Positions 1 through 12,389 of a DNA stretch of 64,000 nucleotides are shown in pieces. Below the pieces are notes generated by a model. The model was not told where the DNA came from, searched no databases, and was given only the letters and a program-made list of their open reading frames with translations. How positions within the stretch are numbered: the stretch's first letter is position 1; the number at the start of each line of letters is the position of its first letter. The position numbers and the translations under genes are program-made. The DNA is from Malacoraja senta. Taxonomy: Eukaryota. Location: positions 4,774,001-4,838,000 of the forward strand of contig CM075988.1 of the NCBI GenBank assembly GCA_038087875.1, given 5' to 3'.

Positions 1-44
1 ACTAAACTAAAACATTTAATTATGCAAATATGTTATTTATATGA

Positions 45-880
45 TTAGATTAGATTAGATTAGATTCCTTTATTTGTCATTCAGACCTTTCGGTCTGAAC
101 GAAATTTCGTTGCCTGCAGTCATACACATAATAAATAACAAAACACACAATAAACACAAATTAACATCCACCACAGTGAGTTCACCAGGCACCTCCTCAC
201 TGTGATGGAGGCAAAAGTCTTAAAGTCTCTGTCTCTTCCCTCTTTGTTCTCCCTCTGCGCTGAGGCGATCCAGGCTTCTGATGTTGTGACCCCGCCGGGT
301 GATGGTAAGTCAGTCCCGCGGCTGAATCCGTGCTCCGCGACGGGCCGGTTCAAACTCCGCGGCCCGGGGTGGTCGAAGCTGCCGAAGCTGCCGCCCTCCA
401 GTCTAGCGGACGCAGCTGTAGTTGCGGGAGCTCCAGAAAAACAGGTCACCCACCTGTGACCTGCGAGCTCCCGACGATGTCGTCCACTGGGCCTGCCGCG
501 GCCGAGCCCCGGATTCAGGTCACCACCAATGTCTTTGGTCGCCACTGCCGGAACGCCACCGAAGTCGGCCGGCCTCGCGTTGGTAAGTCCTGGCTCTGCC
601 TCCGGAGCCTCGAGGTCGGTCGCAGTTGGAGGCCGCCAGCTCCGCCATTAGGCCTCAGTGCAGACGGAGGCAGAGAAGGGGGATACGACAAGAAAAATTC
701 GCATTCCCCCGAAGGAAGAGACAAAAATCATGTTTCCACCCACCCCCCCCCCCCCACACATACACAACCCAATAAACTAAAATGTAACTAAAACAGGACA
801 AAAGAAAACAACAACAAAAAGTAAAAACAGACGGACTGCAGGCGAGCCGCAGCTGTGCAACAGCACCGCCACTTCCGGAC
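45..880 (-). mobile_element. Non-autonomous LINE-mobilised element (GC-rich core, AATAAA plus (AATCT)n tail)
   Basis: On minus: starts GTCCGGAAGTGGCGG, then a T-rich stretch, a G-run followed by GGAAAC, a GC-rich core, a CCTCCATCACAGTGAGGAGGTG box and AATAAA plus tandem tail. Same layout as 6975-7797 and 29960-30865. Confidence 0.7.
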
Positions 881-1225
881 ATTAGTTAGGTAAAGAGTTA
901 AATCATGTAATTAAATTTTAAACCCTGGAACTGTAAATGTAAAGATGGAATCACTAATCTTGCCAGATGAGTTTGTCCACATTCTTGTTGTCACACCATT
1001 GGCACCCTTTGTTGTGTTGCCTCAAAGAAATGGGTATGCCAATTTAGAGTACGAAAATATGAGTGATAATATGCATGATTACTTGTAGAAAATTGCAAAG
1101 ATTAAAGAAGTTTGGGACCATGATACAGAAGGGAATGGAAAATGGTGGAGTTGATTTAGTTGAGGGTATGTCTAATTCAGATAGTTGGTGAGCTGAGTGT
1201 GGAATATCGAGATGGGTAATATGTG

Positions 1226-1522
1226 TTTAGTTTAGTTTATTTTAGAGACACAGCGTGGAAATAGGCCCTTCAGCCAACTGGGTCCATGCTGACCAGTGAT
1301 CCCCACGCACTAACATGCACAGAAGGTCCAATTTACAATTTTAACAAAGCCAATCAACCTATAAGCCTGTATGCCTTTGGACTGTGAGAGGAAACTGGAG
1401 CACCTGGAACAAACCCATGCAGGTCACAGAGAGAACGTACAAACGCAGTACAGACACCTCTGTACAGACCGAACCGGGGTCTCTGGTGCTACAAGGCAGA
1501 AACTCTACTGCTGTACCACCGT
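1226..1522 (-). mobile_element. HE1-like tRNA-derived SINE
   Basis: (TTTAG)n tail on plus, GGCCCTTC(A/G)GCC core, ends in the reverse complement of GCACGGTGG..AGCAGTAGAGTT head; matches many copies in the window. Confidence 0.85.
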
Positions 1523-1599
1523 GCATAAATTTGTGCATAACCTTGGTGGTAGTATCTGCTGCATGAACATTTCCAACAACAAGATGCAGCTCTATAAGA

Positions 1600-1700
1600 A
1601 GAAGGGTCTGAAGAAGGGTTTCGACCCGAAACGTTGCCTATTTCCTTCGCTCCATAGATGCTACCTCACCCGCTGAGTTTCTCCAACATTTTTGTCTACC
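1600..1700 (+). repeat. Penelope-type short repeat with hammerhead-like core
   Basis: CTGAAGA-AGGGTTTCGACCC-GAAACGTT at 1608-1635, followed by the common ...AGATGCT.CCT..CCCGCTGAGTTTCTCC arm. Confidence 0.6.
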
Positions 1701-1864
1701 GCAGCTCTAGAAGACTTTGGTTAGCCCGCAATTGGAGTATTGAATGCAGCTCTGGTCATCTAGATGTCAAGTCAAGTCAAAAGTGTTTTATTGTCATATG
1801 TTCCAAAACTAAAACAAATTGTTACTTGCAGAATCACAACAGATATTTAAACATGTCTGTTTAC

Positions 1865-2640
1865 AGGTTGTGGGGGCTTTGGAGAGGGTGCAGAGGATTG
1901 GACTGGGTGGTTTTAGCTACAAGGAGCAGTTGGACAACCTTGGATTGTTTTCTCTGGAATGTTGGATATTGAGGGGAGACCTGACAGAAGAATATAAAAT
2001 TGTGAGAGGCATGAATTATATTTATGTTTCATAATACATGAATTATTATGGGATAAACAGTCAGAACCGTTTTCCCAGGATAGGGCGACACGGTGACGCA
2101 GTGGTAGAGTTGCTGCCTTACACCGCCAGAGACCCGGATTCGATCCCGACTGCGGGTGCTGTCTGTCTGTCTGTATGTACTCCCCGTAATCATGTGGGTT
2201 TTCTCCGAGATCTTCGGTTCCCTCCCACACTCCGAAGGCGTACAGGTTTGTAGGTTAATTGGCTAAATATAAATGTAAATTGTCCCTAGTGTGTGTAGGG
2301 TAGTGTTAATGTGCGGGGATCTCTGGTCGGTGTGGACTTGGTGGGCTGAAGGGCCTGTTTCTGCAGTGTATCTCCAAACCAAACTAAACGAAACTAAACA
2401 TCAAAAACGACGATAGGGCATAACTTTAAGGTGAGAGGGGCAAAGTTTAAAAGAGAGGTTGATGTGGAGCTAGATGGCATTCAAAATACTTTTAGACACA
2501 CACATGGACTTGCGGGTAATGGAGGGATATGGATCACATGAGGACAGGTGAGATGAGTTTATTGGGGTATTATATCCGGCACAGACACTATGGGCCATAT
2601 GGCCTGTTCTTGTGCTACACTTGTTGATGTTCGATGTTCT
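1865..2640 (+). mobile_element. Degenerate CR1 LINE 3' fragment interrupted by a SINE (2083-2399)
   Basis: Translates to ALERVQR..SYKEQLDNLGLFSLE..LRGDLTEEYKI (CR1 ORF2 C-terminus). Resumes after the SINE with a GHNFKVRG-like segment and a GTTCT-type tail. Confidence 0.75.
2083..2399 (+). mobile_element. HE1-like SINE
   Basis: GGCGACACGGTGACGCAGTGGTAGAGTTGCTGCC head, TTCGATCC B-box-like motif, (AAACT)n tail. Confidence 0.9.
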
Positions 2641-3032
2641 CTGTAATGGAAATGGTTGTTTAGGTGATTGAGGTGATTTAGCCGAGGGGTTGATTAATTC
2701 TGATAGTTAATGAGCTGAATGTGGAATAACGAGATGGGTAATATGCGCATAACCTTGGTGTGGGCATCTGCTGCTTCAACATTTCTAAACTACATGGGGC
2801 CACAGCTTGAACGTAACGCAATAATTGTGTCACATTAACAAAGTTTTGATCAGTAAATGGTAAGACTTTACAAGAACAAAAATAAAACTGAACTGAACTT
2901 ACCCATTACTTAACTCACAACAAACACTATATCACCCTTAGTGTAACGCACCCTAAACCCCTCTGACTAACCCGTCCATTAATAACACCTTTACCACCTG
3001 GTGAATTGGCTGCTTAACCTCTCTGAAGGTCA

Positions 3033-3630
3033 GTGTTGAGGCTCTATAAGGTGCTGGTCAGGCCACATTTGGAGTATTGTGAGCAATTTTGGGCACCGAA
3101 GCTGAGGAAGGATGTGCTGGCTCTGGAGAGGGCCCAGACGAGGTTTACAAGAATGATCCCAAGAATGAGTAGGTTATCATATGATGAGCGTTTGTCGACA
3201 CTGGGCCTGTACTCGCTGGAGTTTAGAAGAATGAGGGGGTACCTCATTGAAATGTACAGAATAGTGAAAGGCTTGGTAGGAGTGGATGTGGAGACTGTGT
3301 TTCCATTAGTGAGAGAGTCGAGGACGAGAGGTCATAGCCTCCGAATTAAAGGGCGTTTCTTTAGGAAGTAGTTGAGGAGAAATTTATTTAGTCAGAGGAT
3401 GGTAAATCTGTGGAATTCTTTGCCACAGAAGGTTGTGGAGGCCAAGTCAATAGATATTTTTAAGGCAGAGATACAGTAGATAGATTCTTGATTAGTACGG
3501 GTGTCAGAGGTTATGGGGAGAAGGCGGGAGAGTGTGGTTAGGAGAGATAGATCAGCCATGATTGAATGCATAGTAGACTTGATGGGCCGAATGGGCAAAT
3601 TCTGCTCCTATCACTTATGACCTTATGATC
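3033..3630 (+). mobile_element. CR1 LINE 3' end
   Basis: ORF 3033-3371 LYKVLVRPHLEYCEQFWAP..RTRGHSLRIKG, then CR1 3' UTR and (CTTATGA)n tail. Confidence 0.9.
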
Positions 3631-4167
3631 TGTTACTCTCTGTGTCAAGTCTGTGTGATGCTATTTGTCATTCTCTTGCTCTGCCTATGTTATCTCATAT
3701 TTTAATATGTCCTTCCATTTATCAGATGTGCTCAGCTTTTGACCAATCTAGTTCAGATATTAATGGATTCAATCCCTTATTAAATATTGTTTGTTTAAAT
3801 ATTGATTGATACATGGTTCTGGATTTATTAATTCATTTCATGCTTTATTAATGCCATTTTAATAACAGACCCCTTATTACATTTTAATTATTAACCTTTC
3901 TTTATTCATACAGACAGAAAATTAAAAGTTGATTAATTAAAATAATTTTCCCCCACCACCTGTACTGTTACTGTAATGCTACAAGGCAGTTCAATTCTTG
4001 ATATTAAATAATCGTCCAAAGGCACATGACCTATATGCAAAATTTAACAACTATTCTTTGTATTTAATGTCAGGTATTGGCTTTTGAATACCAGGATATC
4101 AATGTTTTATGTTAAGTGTAGTTTAAAATGCGGAATAAAGATTGCTGTGTCTGAAGGATAGGTATTT

Positions 4168-4262
4168 CAGTCTGAAGAAGGGTCCCGACCGGAAACGTCA
4201 GCCATCTTTTTTCTCCAGAGAGGTTGCCTGACCCGCTGAGTTACTCCAGAACTTTGTGCCAA
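4168..4262 (+). repeat. Penelope-type short repeat with hammerhead-like core
   Basis: CTGAAGA-AGGGTCCCGACCG-GAAACGTC at 4172-4199 plus the conserved downstream arm. Confidence 0.6.
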
Positions 4263-4330
4263 TCTTGCTGAATAGCAGTTGGGAATTTCAAATCTGAATA
4301 TTTTTTTAAAGAATCCATATTCGTGACATA

Positions 4331-4910
4331 GCACGGTGGCTCTGTGGTACAGTTGCTGCCTTACAGCGCCAGAGACTCCGGTTTCGATCCTGACTACGGG
4401 TGCTGTATGTATGGAGTTTGTACGATCTCCCCATGACCTGCGTGGATTTTATCCGGGATTTCTGATTTTTAGAGATGCAGCATGGAAATAGGCCCTTCGG
4501 CCCACCAAGTCTGCACTGACCAGTGATCCCCACACATTAACACGATCCTACACACACGAAGGACAATTTACACTTATACCAAGTCAATTAACCAAATCCG
4601 TATGTCTTTGTAAGTGTGGGAGGAAGCCAAAGAACTTTGAGAAAACCCACGTGGGTCACGGAGTGAACTTACAAACTCCGCTACCGACAGCACCCATAGT
4701 CGGGATCGAACCCGGGTCTCTGCCGCTGCAAGCACTGTAAAGCATCAACTCTACCGCTGCGCCACTGTGCACTCCATTAATTAGCTTTGTTAAAATTGTA
4801 AATTGTCCCTCGTGTACATAGGATAGTGTTAATGTGCAGGGATTGCTGGTCGACGTGGACTCGGTGGGCCGAAGGACCTGTTTCCGCCCTGTATCTCTAA
4901 ACTAAACTAA
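4331..4910 (+). mobile_element. HE1-like SINE with an opposite-strand SINE nested inside (~4468-4770)
   Basis: Plus-strand head 4331-4455 and tail 4778-4910 flank a complete minus-strand copy. Confidence 0.8.
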
Positions 4911-5279
4911 CATATCAGAAATAAATACTGATAGTACAGGTGGCGGGAATATTGTCATTCCCAAACTTGTGGCTCAGGATTCACCCCATTTTCTTCGGCG
5001 TAAAATTGGGGCTGATATTTCATTGAAAACTGAAGAAATTCTAGAATGTTGGAGGTGACAAAAATCTAGAGTCTAGATTCTAGACGACATGTTAACTCAC
5101 ACCATTTTTTTGGATGCAGGAATTCCTCAGCCACAAGACAAAGACATCCAGGATAGTTGTACAACCGGTAGAGCTGCTGCCTCAAAGCTCCAGCATCCTG
5201 AGTTCAATCCTGACCATGGGTCACAGTGTCATAGTGTCATACAGCACCTTAACGGCCCACTTTATGTATACAACCTTTG

Positions 5280-5582
5280 TAGTTTAGTTTAGTGTAGAGA
5301 TACAGTGCAGAAGAAGGTCCCTCGGCCCATCAACTCTGCACCGACCAGTGATCCCCGCACACTAACACTACCCTACACGCACTAGGAACAATTTTACATT
5401 TACACCAACCCAATCATACTAGAAACCAGTATGTGGGAGGAAACCGAGGATCTCGGAGAAAATCCACGCAGGTCTCGGGGAGAACATACAAACTCCATAC
5501 CGAGAGCCCCCTTAGTCAGAATCAAACCCGAGTCCCTGGAGTGCTAAGGCAGGTGTTGTACTGCTGTGCCACCGTGCCACCC
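5280..5582 (-). mobile_element. HE1-like SINE
   Basis: (TTTAG)n tail and reverse head ending CCACCGTGCCAC. Confidence 0.85.
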
Positions 5583-5792
5583 CTTTTTGGTCCATCCACA
5601 CTAAACCCATTTTACTGCTCTCCCTGTGACAGCCGCACCCCTCCCCCCCCACCCCCACCCAACCAGTGTTTCTGTTTCCTCCCTTGGACCAGGTCCTCAA
5701 TGAATATTTCCCCCGTTTTATTCTGTGGTGAAAGTCATGAAGGATTGGGAACTTAATGTAGTGTTTTCAGGATGGCGTTACAGTAGAAGATG

Positions 5793-6100
5793 GTGGCACG
5801 GAGGCGCAGCGGTAGAGTTGCTGCTTTACAGTGCCAGAGACAGGGGTTCGGACCTGACTAAGGGTGTTGTCTGGATGGAGTTTGTACATTCTCCCTATGA
5901 CTGCATAGGTTTTCTCGGGATGCTTCGGTTTCACCCCACATTCCAAAGGCGTACAGGTTGGTTGTAGGTTGGTTGCCTTCAGCAAAATTTGCAAAATTGT
6001 TTCTTGTGCGTGGGATAGTGTTAGTGTACGCGGTGATCTCTGGTCGGCACGGGCTCAATGGGCTGAATGTCCTGTTTCCACACTGTATCTCTAAATCTAA
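5793..6100 (+). mobile_element. HE1-like SINE
   Basis: GGCACGGAGGCGCAGCGGTAGAGTTGCTGC head through TGTATCTCTAAA tail. Confidence 0.85.
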
Positions 6101-6104
6101 AGAC

Positions 6105-8200
6105 CAATGGTGCTAGATGTCTTAAAACGTGTGATGGTGGATAAATCTTCGGGGCTTGTTGTTGTATATCTTTATTGTCATTTCCTGAGTATTCGCATAC
6201 CCAGAGGAAACAAAAAAACGTTCCTCAACCAGTGTCCATTTCAGTGTGCAGTAAAAAATAAATAGAAGTAAAAATACATATATCATGAACAAATTAACAC
6301 TCTACTCTACTAAACATCAACAGGCGTTCCGATCGGCTTGTTCAAGAATAACCAAGAACACGGTGGAAGCCAGAGAAAAAAATGTGGGAGTCCTGCTTGA
6401 GATAGTAAGATAGACTAGAAGGTGGCTAATGTTGTGCCTTCAACCTTCAGGGTTGGAAAGAAACACCTGGAAACTATAGACCAGGATGGCTATCATAGAC
6501 TCATTGAGTCAAGGAATCATAAAGCCATATACAGTGTGATACAGTGTGGAAACAGGCCCTTCGGCCCAACTTGCCCACACCGGCCAACATCTCAACCACA
6601 ATAGTACAACCTTCCCACGTTTGGTCCATATCCCTCCAAACCTGTCCTATCCATGTACCTGTCTAACTGTTTCTTAAACGTTGGGATAGTCCAAGCCTCA
6701 GCTACCTCCGCTAGCAGCTTGTTCCATACATCCACCACCCTTTGTGTGCATAGGTAACCATCTGTGATAAGTAAGTTACTGGAGGGAATTCTGAAAGGAT
6801 TGGAAAGACAGGGAATGCTTCAGGATAGTCAGCATGGACTTGTGCATAAGAGATCATGCGTCATAAAATTGATTGAGTTTTTAGAAGATGTAACCAAGAG
6901 TGTTGTTGAGGGCAGGCTGTGAAATGTGGTCTCTGTGGACCTCAACAAGCTCTTTGAAAAGGTTCCACATGGTAGAATAGAATGGAATAGAATATAATGC
7001 CTTTTATTGTCATTCAAACAGCTTGGTTTGAACGAAATTGCATTTTCTACACTTAACATTACAAAAAAAAACAAGATCCAAGACTTAACACAATTTACAC
7101 AAACATCCATCACAGTGAATCTCCAACACCTCCTCACTGTGATGGAAGGTAAAAGTCTTATCTCTTCCCTTTGTTCTTCTCCCGCGGTCCAGCAGTCCAA
7201 CTGCAGCGTCGAGGCGAACTGGGGCTCCCGAAGTTAAAGCCCCCGGCGGGCGATGGTAAGTCCTGTGGCCGTTTAAGCCACGCTGGGCGATGTTAGGCCC
7301 CGCTCCGAGTCATTTAAACCCCGCGATTCCAGCAGGAGAGGTTGCCGTTGCGGGAGCTCCAAAAAGCGGTCTCCCACCAGGGACCTGGAGCTCCCGATGT
7401 TACCGTCCACCGGGCCTGCGGCCGGAGCCTCCGAAGCTCCGAAGTCGGGTCGCAGCCGCGCGCTACCACAGCTCTTCCCGTTCCAAAATCAGCCAGCTCC
7501 GCGATGTCAAGTCCGCAGGCTCTGCGACTGGAGCCCTCAGGCTAGTTCCGGTTGGAGGCCGCCGCCGGCTCCACGATGTTAGGCCCAACGACATCGGAGA
7601 CCCGACAGGGAAAAAGTCGGGTCCCCCGTATAGGGAAGAGATTAAACGGTTTCCCCACATCCCCCCCTCCACCCCCCACATATACACAGCTAAAAATATA
7701 ATAAAAAGTAGAATCAACACATACATTTAACGAGACAAAATCTTTAAAAAGACAGACGGACTGCAGTCGAGCCGCTGCCGTTAGGTGCCGCCACACCACA
7801 TCTGCTTTGGAAGGTTAGATCTCAGTGGATCCAGGGATAGTAGGAAGTAGAGGGTGGTGGTGGAAGGTTGTTTCTTGGACTGGAGGCCTGTGACTAGTGG
7901 TGTGGCTTGGGACTGGGGCTACATCTGTGGCTGTTTGGATGAGAATGTATAAAGCATGGTAGGTTTACAGATAAGTAAGCGGTATCTGATAGTGAAGATG
8001 GCAATCAAGAATTGCAGCGGGATCTTGACCAGCTGGTAGTTGGGCCGAGGAATGACTTTTGGAGTTTAATTCCGAAAAGTGTGAGGTGTTGCATTTTTGG
8101 AAGACAAATCATGATCGGACATTGACAGTAAATGGTTGGGCCCTGGAGGAGTGTTGTAGAACAAAGGGACCTGGGAGTACAGGTACGTAGTTCTCTGGGT
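6105..8200 (+). mobile_element. Old, fragmented CR1 ORF2 (RT region) interrupted by younger repeats
   Basis: Remnants of VDKS.G, VANVVP, QHGLVHKRSC..LIEFLEDVTK, VTSGV and LQRDLDQL motifs in collinear order. Confidence 0.65.
6975..7797 (-). mobile_element. Non-autonomous GC-rich LINE-mobilised element (relative of 45-880)
   Basis: Shares the CACCTCCTCACTGTGATGGA box, CAGACGGACTGCAG leader and C-run segment with 45-880; (AATAG)n tail on plus. Confidence 0.7.
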
Positions 8201-8299
8201 ACGGGTATGGGTTTGGCTATGAGTTTAGATGTGGGTCTGAATGATGAGGGAGTGGGTTTGAGTTGGACTTTGGAATTGGGTATAGTATGGCTGCAGATT

Positions 8300-8876
8300 T
8301 CACTGTGTGTGTCTTTGTGTGTATATGTGTGTGTCTTTGTGTGTGGGTGTGTGTGTGCGTATGTGTACATGCATACATGTGTGAGACTTTGTGAATGTCT
8401 GTCTAAAGGTATACATGTGTATATGTCTGTGTCTTTGTGTGTGTGCATGCTTGTGTGTGCCTCTATGTGTGTGTGTTTGTGTGTGCATGTCTGTTTGTGT
8501 TTTGTGTGCATGTGTGTGCCTCTGTATGTGTATGTATGTGTATGCACGCAGGTGTGAGTCCTTGTGTCTGTCTGTCTTTGTGTTTATATGTGTGTGTGTG
8601 TATGTTTTGGTCTCTGTGCTTGTGTGTGTCTGAGTGCCTGGGTGTGTGACTGTTGATGTGAGAGGCTATGGGGAAGTGTCCGTATGTGTGCTTGGCTCTG
8701 TGTGTGTATGTCATTGTGTTTGTGTGTCTGTGAGTGTATCTATACTGTGCATATGGATGTCTCCATGTGTTTGTATCTATCTGTGAGTGTGTGTGTCAAC
8801 GTGTGTGTGTGTGCGTACATATGTGTGCGTGTGTGTATGTGTGTGTCTGTGAGTGTGTTTATGTGTGTGTGTGTTG
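8300..8876. repeat. Degenerate (TG)n microsatellite
   Basis: Directly visible; explains the spurious CV/HT ORFs. Confidence 0.95.
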
Positions 8877-9675
8877 CATCATGACTATAAATGCAATCAC
8901 TTTAAGTTGCAAGGAGCTGAAGGATCCATGAGTTAGTCATGAATTCATCCCCCATGGACCCGCGTCACTGAAGTGCCACAATTAAAAAAACTACACAAAT
9001 GTGACATTCAGTCAAGATTTGAACTGGCCCCAAATATATTTTGTATCCTTCAGTCTCACCCAAGATATATCCATTTAGGGAACGACTTTATTTAAAAGGG
9101 GAATTTGCACAGAGAGCTGGGTTGTATTTCCTGATGGAACGAAAAATCCACCAGCTATCCATCATTGCTGCTGTTGCTCACACCCACTGACACATTACAG
9201 CTTCATTTTACATCACCTACTCAGCTCCAAGCACAGCGTCCTGGGAAAGCCATTCCTCTCCTCACGGTCGTGAGAAGATTATCTGTTCTGCTCTCTAAAC
9301 TGCCTCATTTGCAAAGGGAACATTAGAATATTGCTTAGCCAGGGGCTCTGGAGACTTTGCTTGAAGCCTGTTGGACCTTGGCAGCTTCAGTGATTCGAGG
9401 ATGTTGCCTCACGCACAGGAGAGTGTAGATCCAGCACACTTTCCCTTCCATTTATGGGGATAATGCACACATCTTCATCAAATTAAGACCCAGTGAATTA
9501 AAGGGATAATGGCAGTGTGCGGGTAAATCAAGTTATGCGGCAGAGAACAGCGATGGGAGGAATGTGTAGGAAGGAACTGCAGATGCTGGTTTTCACTGAA
9601 GATAGACACAATGCTGGAGTAACTCAGCGGGACAGGCAGCATCTCTGGATAGAAGGAATGGGAAAGAAAAAACCC

Positions 9676-10305
9676 TCAATGCTAGCATTTATTTCAAGAG
9701 GGCTTGTATAGAAAAAACTGGGATGTAATGTTGAGGCTCTATGAGGGGCTGGTAAGGCCGCATTTGGAATATTGTGAGCAATTTTGGGCATCATATCTGA
9801 GGAAGGATGTGCTGGCTCTGGAGATGGTCCAGAGGAGATTTACAAGAATTAACCCAGGAATGAGTAGGTTAACCTATGATAAGCGTTTGCACTGGGCCTG
9901 TACTCGCTGGAGTTTAGAAGAATGAGGGGAGACCTCATTGAAACATACAGAATAGTGAAAGGCTTGGATAGAGTGGATGTGGAAAGGGTGTTTCCACTAG
10001 TGGGAGAGTCTTGGATAGAGGTCATAGCCTCAGAATTAAAGGACGTTCTTTTAGGAGGGAGATGAGGAGAAATATCTTTAGTCAGTGGGTGGTGAATTTG
10101 TGGAATTCTTTGCCACAGAAGGCTGTGGAGGCCAAGTCATTGGATATTTCAAAGGTGGAGATAGATAGATTTTTGATTAATACACGTGTCAGATGTTATG
10201 GGAAGAAGGCAGGAGAATGGGGTTAGGAGGGAGAGATAGATCAGCCATAATTGAATGGCTTGATGGCCTAATTCTACTCCTATCATTTATGACCTTATGA
10301 CCTTC
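9676..10305 (+). mobile_element. CR1 LINE 3' fragment
   Basis: MLAFISRGL..LVRPHLEYCEQFW..RGHSLRIKG..VVNLWNSLPQKAVEA, then tail. Confidence 0.9.
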
Positions 10306-11314
10306 TGACCTTAATGGGTCAGCATCTCTGGATAGAAGGTAGACAACAATGCTGGAGAAACGCAGCGCGTGAGGAGCGAAGGAATAGGTGATGTTTTGGG
10401 TCGAGACCCTTCTTCAGACTGATGAAGGACTCTCTAGATAGATAGACAGACTCTCTAGATAGAAGGAATGGGTCGGCACCCACCCCTTCTCTCCAGTGGT
10501 GCTGCCTGTCCTGTTGAGTTACTCCAACATTTTGTGTCTATCTTAGATGGGAGAAATTATTCTTCTCCTGACTGGAGACAGCACACAAAGGCAAACGTTA
10601 GGTTAAGATCAGGAGCACTGCAATTTTTGATCAATATTGATGCGCTAAATTTGGATGCACAAGGCGTATTTAAAAAATTGAAAATGACACCAAACTACGA
10701 ATCAAGTAAACAACCAGATGGATGATCGCAACAAGGCATAAATCAAAAATCAATACACTGCAGATGTGTGGAATCTGAAATCAAAACTAGAGAATGGTGG
10801 AAACATGACAATAAACTCACGAACTTGAACGAACACTCATCAGGACAGACAGCATCTGTGGAGAGGCAACTATGGGTGAAAGTTTATAATCTTTAGAGAG
10901 TAGAAACAAGGATTTGCAGATGCTGGATATTTTTAAGGCGGAGATTGATAGATTTTTGATCGATAGGGGTGTCAGGGGTTATGGGGACAAGGCAGGAGAA
11001 TAGTGTTGAGAGGGAAAGGTAGATCAGCCATGATTGAATGGTGGAGTAGATTTGATGGGCCGAATGGCTTTATTCTGCTCCTAGAACTTATGAACTTATG
11101 CACTTTTTGAAAAGAAGCACAAAATGCTGGAATAACTCAGCGGGTTAGGCAGCATCTTAGGAGGACATGGATTGGTGACATTTTGGGTCACCTATCGATG
11201 TCCGACCCAAAACATTACCTGTCCATGCGCTCCAGAAACTTGGCCAGTCCCACTGAGTTACTCGAGCATTTTATGTGTTTTTTTTAACCTGATATTAGTT
11301 AACTATACTTTATG

Positions 11315-11535
11315 CTTTACTTTAGAGATACAGCATGGCAACAGGTCCACTCGGGCTGCACAATTATCCCGTACACAAACACTATCTTACACACTAGGGC
11401 CAATTTACACTTAACCAACAAACCCGCACGTCTTCGGAGTGCGGGAGGAAACCGGAGCTCCCGGAGAAAACCCATGCGGCCACAGGGAGAACGGACAAAC
11501 TCCATATAGACAGCACCCGCAGTCAGGATCGAACC
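11315..11535 (-). mobile_element. HE1-like SINE (partial)
   Basis: AGAGATACAGC..AACAGG tail side and GACAGCACCCGCAGTCAGGATCGAACC. Confidence 0.8.
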
Positions 11536-12094
11536 TCTGTGCTTCGCTAAAACTTTCTCCATAGTCTTGCCAGCATTCTATGTTATCATTTTAGTAGATC
11601 CCAGGTTGACTAGGGAGATGCAATTATACTCAGACAAACACACAGTGATTCACTCCTGAAGGAAGCATCAGGAGCGATGGCAGAAACCCAATGGTACAGG
11701 GTTTAGGAGCTCCATGGAGACTAATCCTGAGCGATGAACATCAATCCCTGAAGATGTCAAGGCAAGATGACTGAGTTCGAAAAACAAAACTGGATCCTAA
11801 ACGGAAGAAAGGAGACGAGAGAGGAATGTTGCCATACACTGGTGTGGCAACGATGGCTCAGCCCTGCTCATTTGTGGGCACCAGACTTTAGGAAGATGTG
11901 ATCACCGGTGATGAGGGGCTGCAAGAAGAAGCAGAGATTGCTCTTTTTCGAGACAAGGAGGTCAAGATGTGTTTTGATGAAAGGCTTTGATGGTCTAAAG
12001 GAACGGTCCAATGGCTGAATAACTAGCATCCAGACGACAGAGGTTTAAGGTGGCTGGCAGGATACATATATTTAAGCAGGGGATAGGTTTTACT

Positions 12095-12285
12095 GTAGAT
12101 AGACACAAAATGCTGGAGTAATTCAGCGGGATAGGCAGTATTTCTGGATAGAAGTAATGGGTGACGTTTTGGGTCGAGACAGTCTGAAAAAGGGCCTACT
12201 ATCCAGAAATGCTGCCTGTCCTGCTGAGTTACTACAGCATTTTGTGTCTGTATTCGGTGTAAACCAGCATCTGCAGTTCCTTTCT
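12095..12285. repeat. Penelope-type foldback (inverted-arm) repeat
   Basis: AGACACAAAATGCTGGAGTAATTCAGCGGGA arm and the reverse-complement arm TCCTGCTGAGTTACTACAGCATTTTGTGTCT. Confidence 0.7.
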
Positions 12286-12389
12286 GCACTAAAGGTTTTG
12301 CTGATTGCCCATGGTCTGGAATGCACCATGTTAAAGGGAACCTTAGAGATCGGAGGAGGGGAAGGTGTGCAAGGAGCAACCAATAGAGA

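Noticed and set aside
2083..2160. tRNA gene
   Set aside because: A/B-box-like head of a SINE without a full cloverleaf; the same applies to the other copies.
8005..8931. His/Thr- and Cys/Val-rich ORFs
   Set aside because: Translations of a (TG)n microsatellite.
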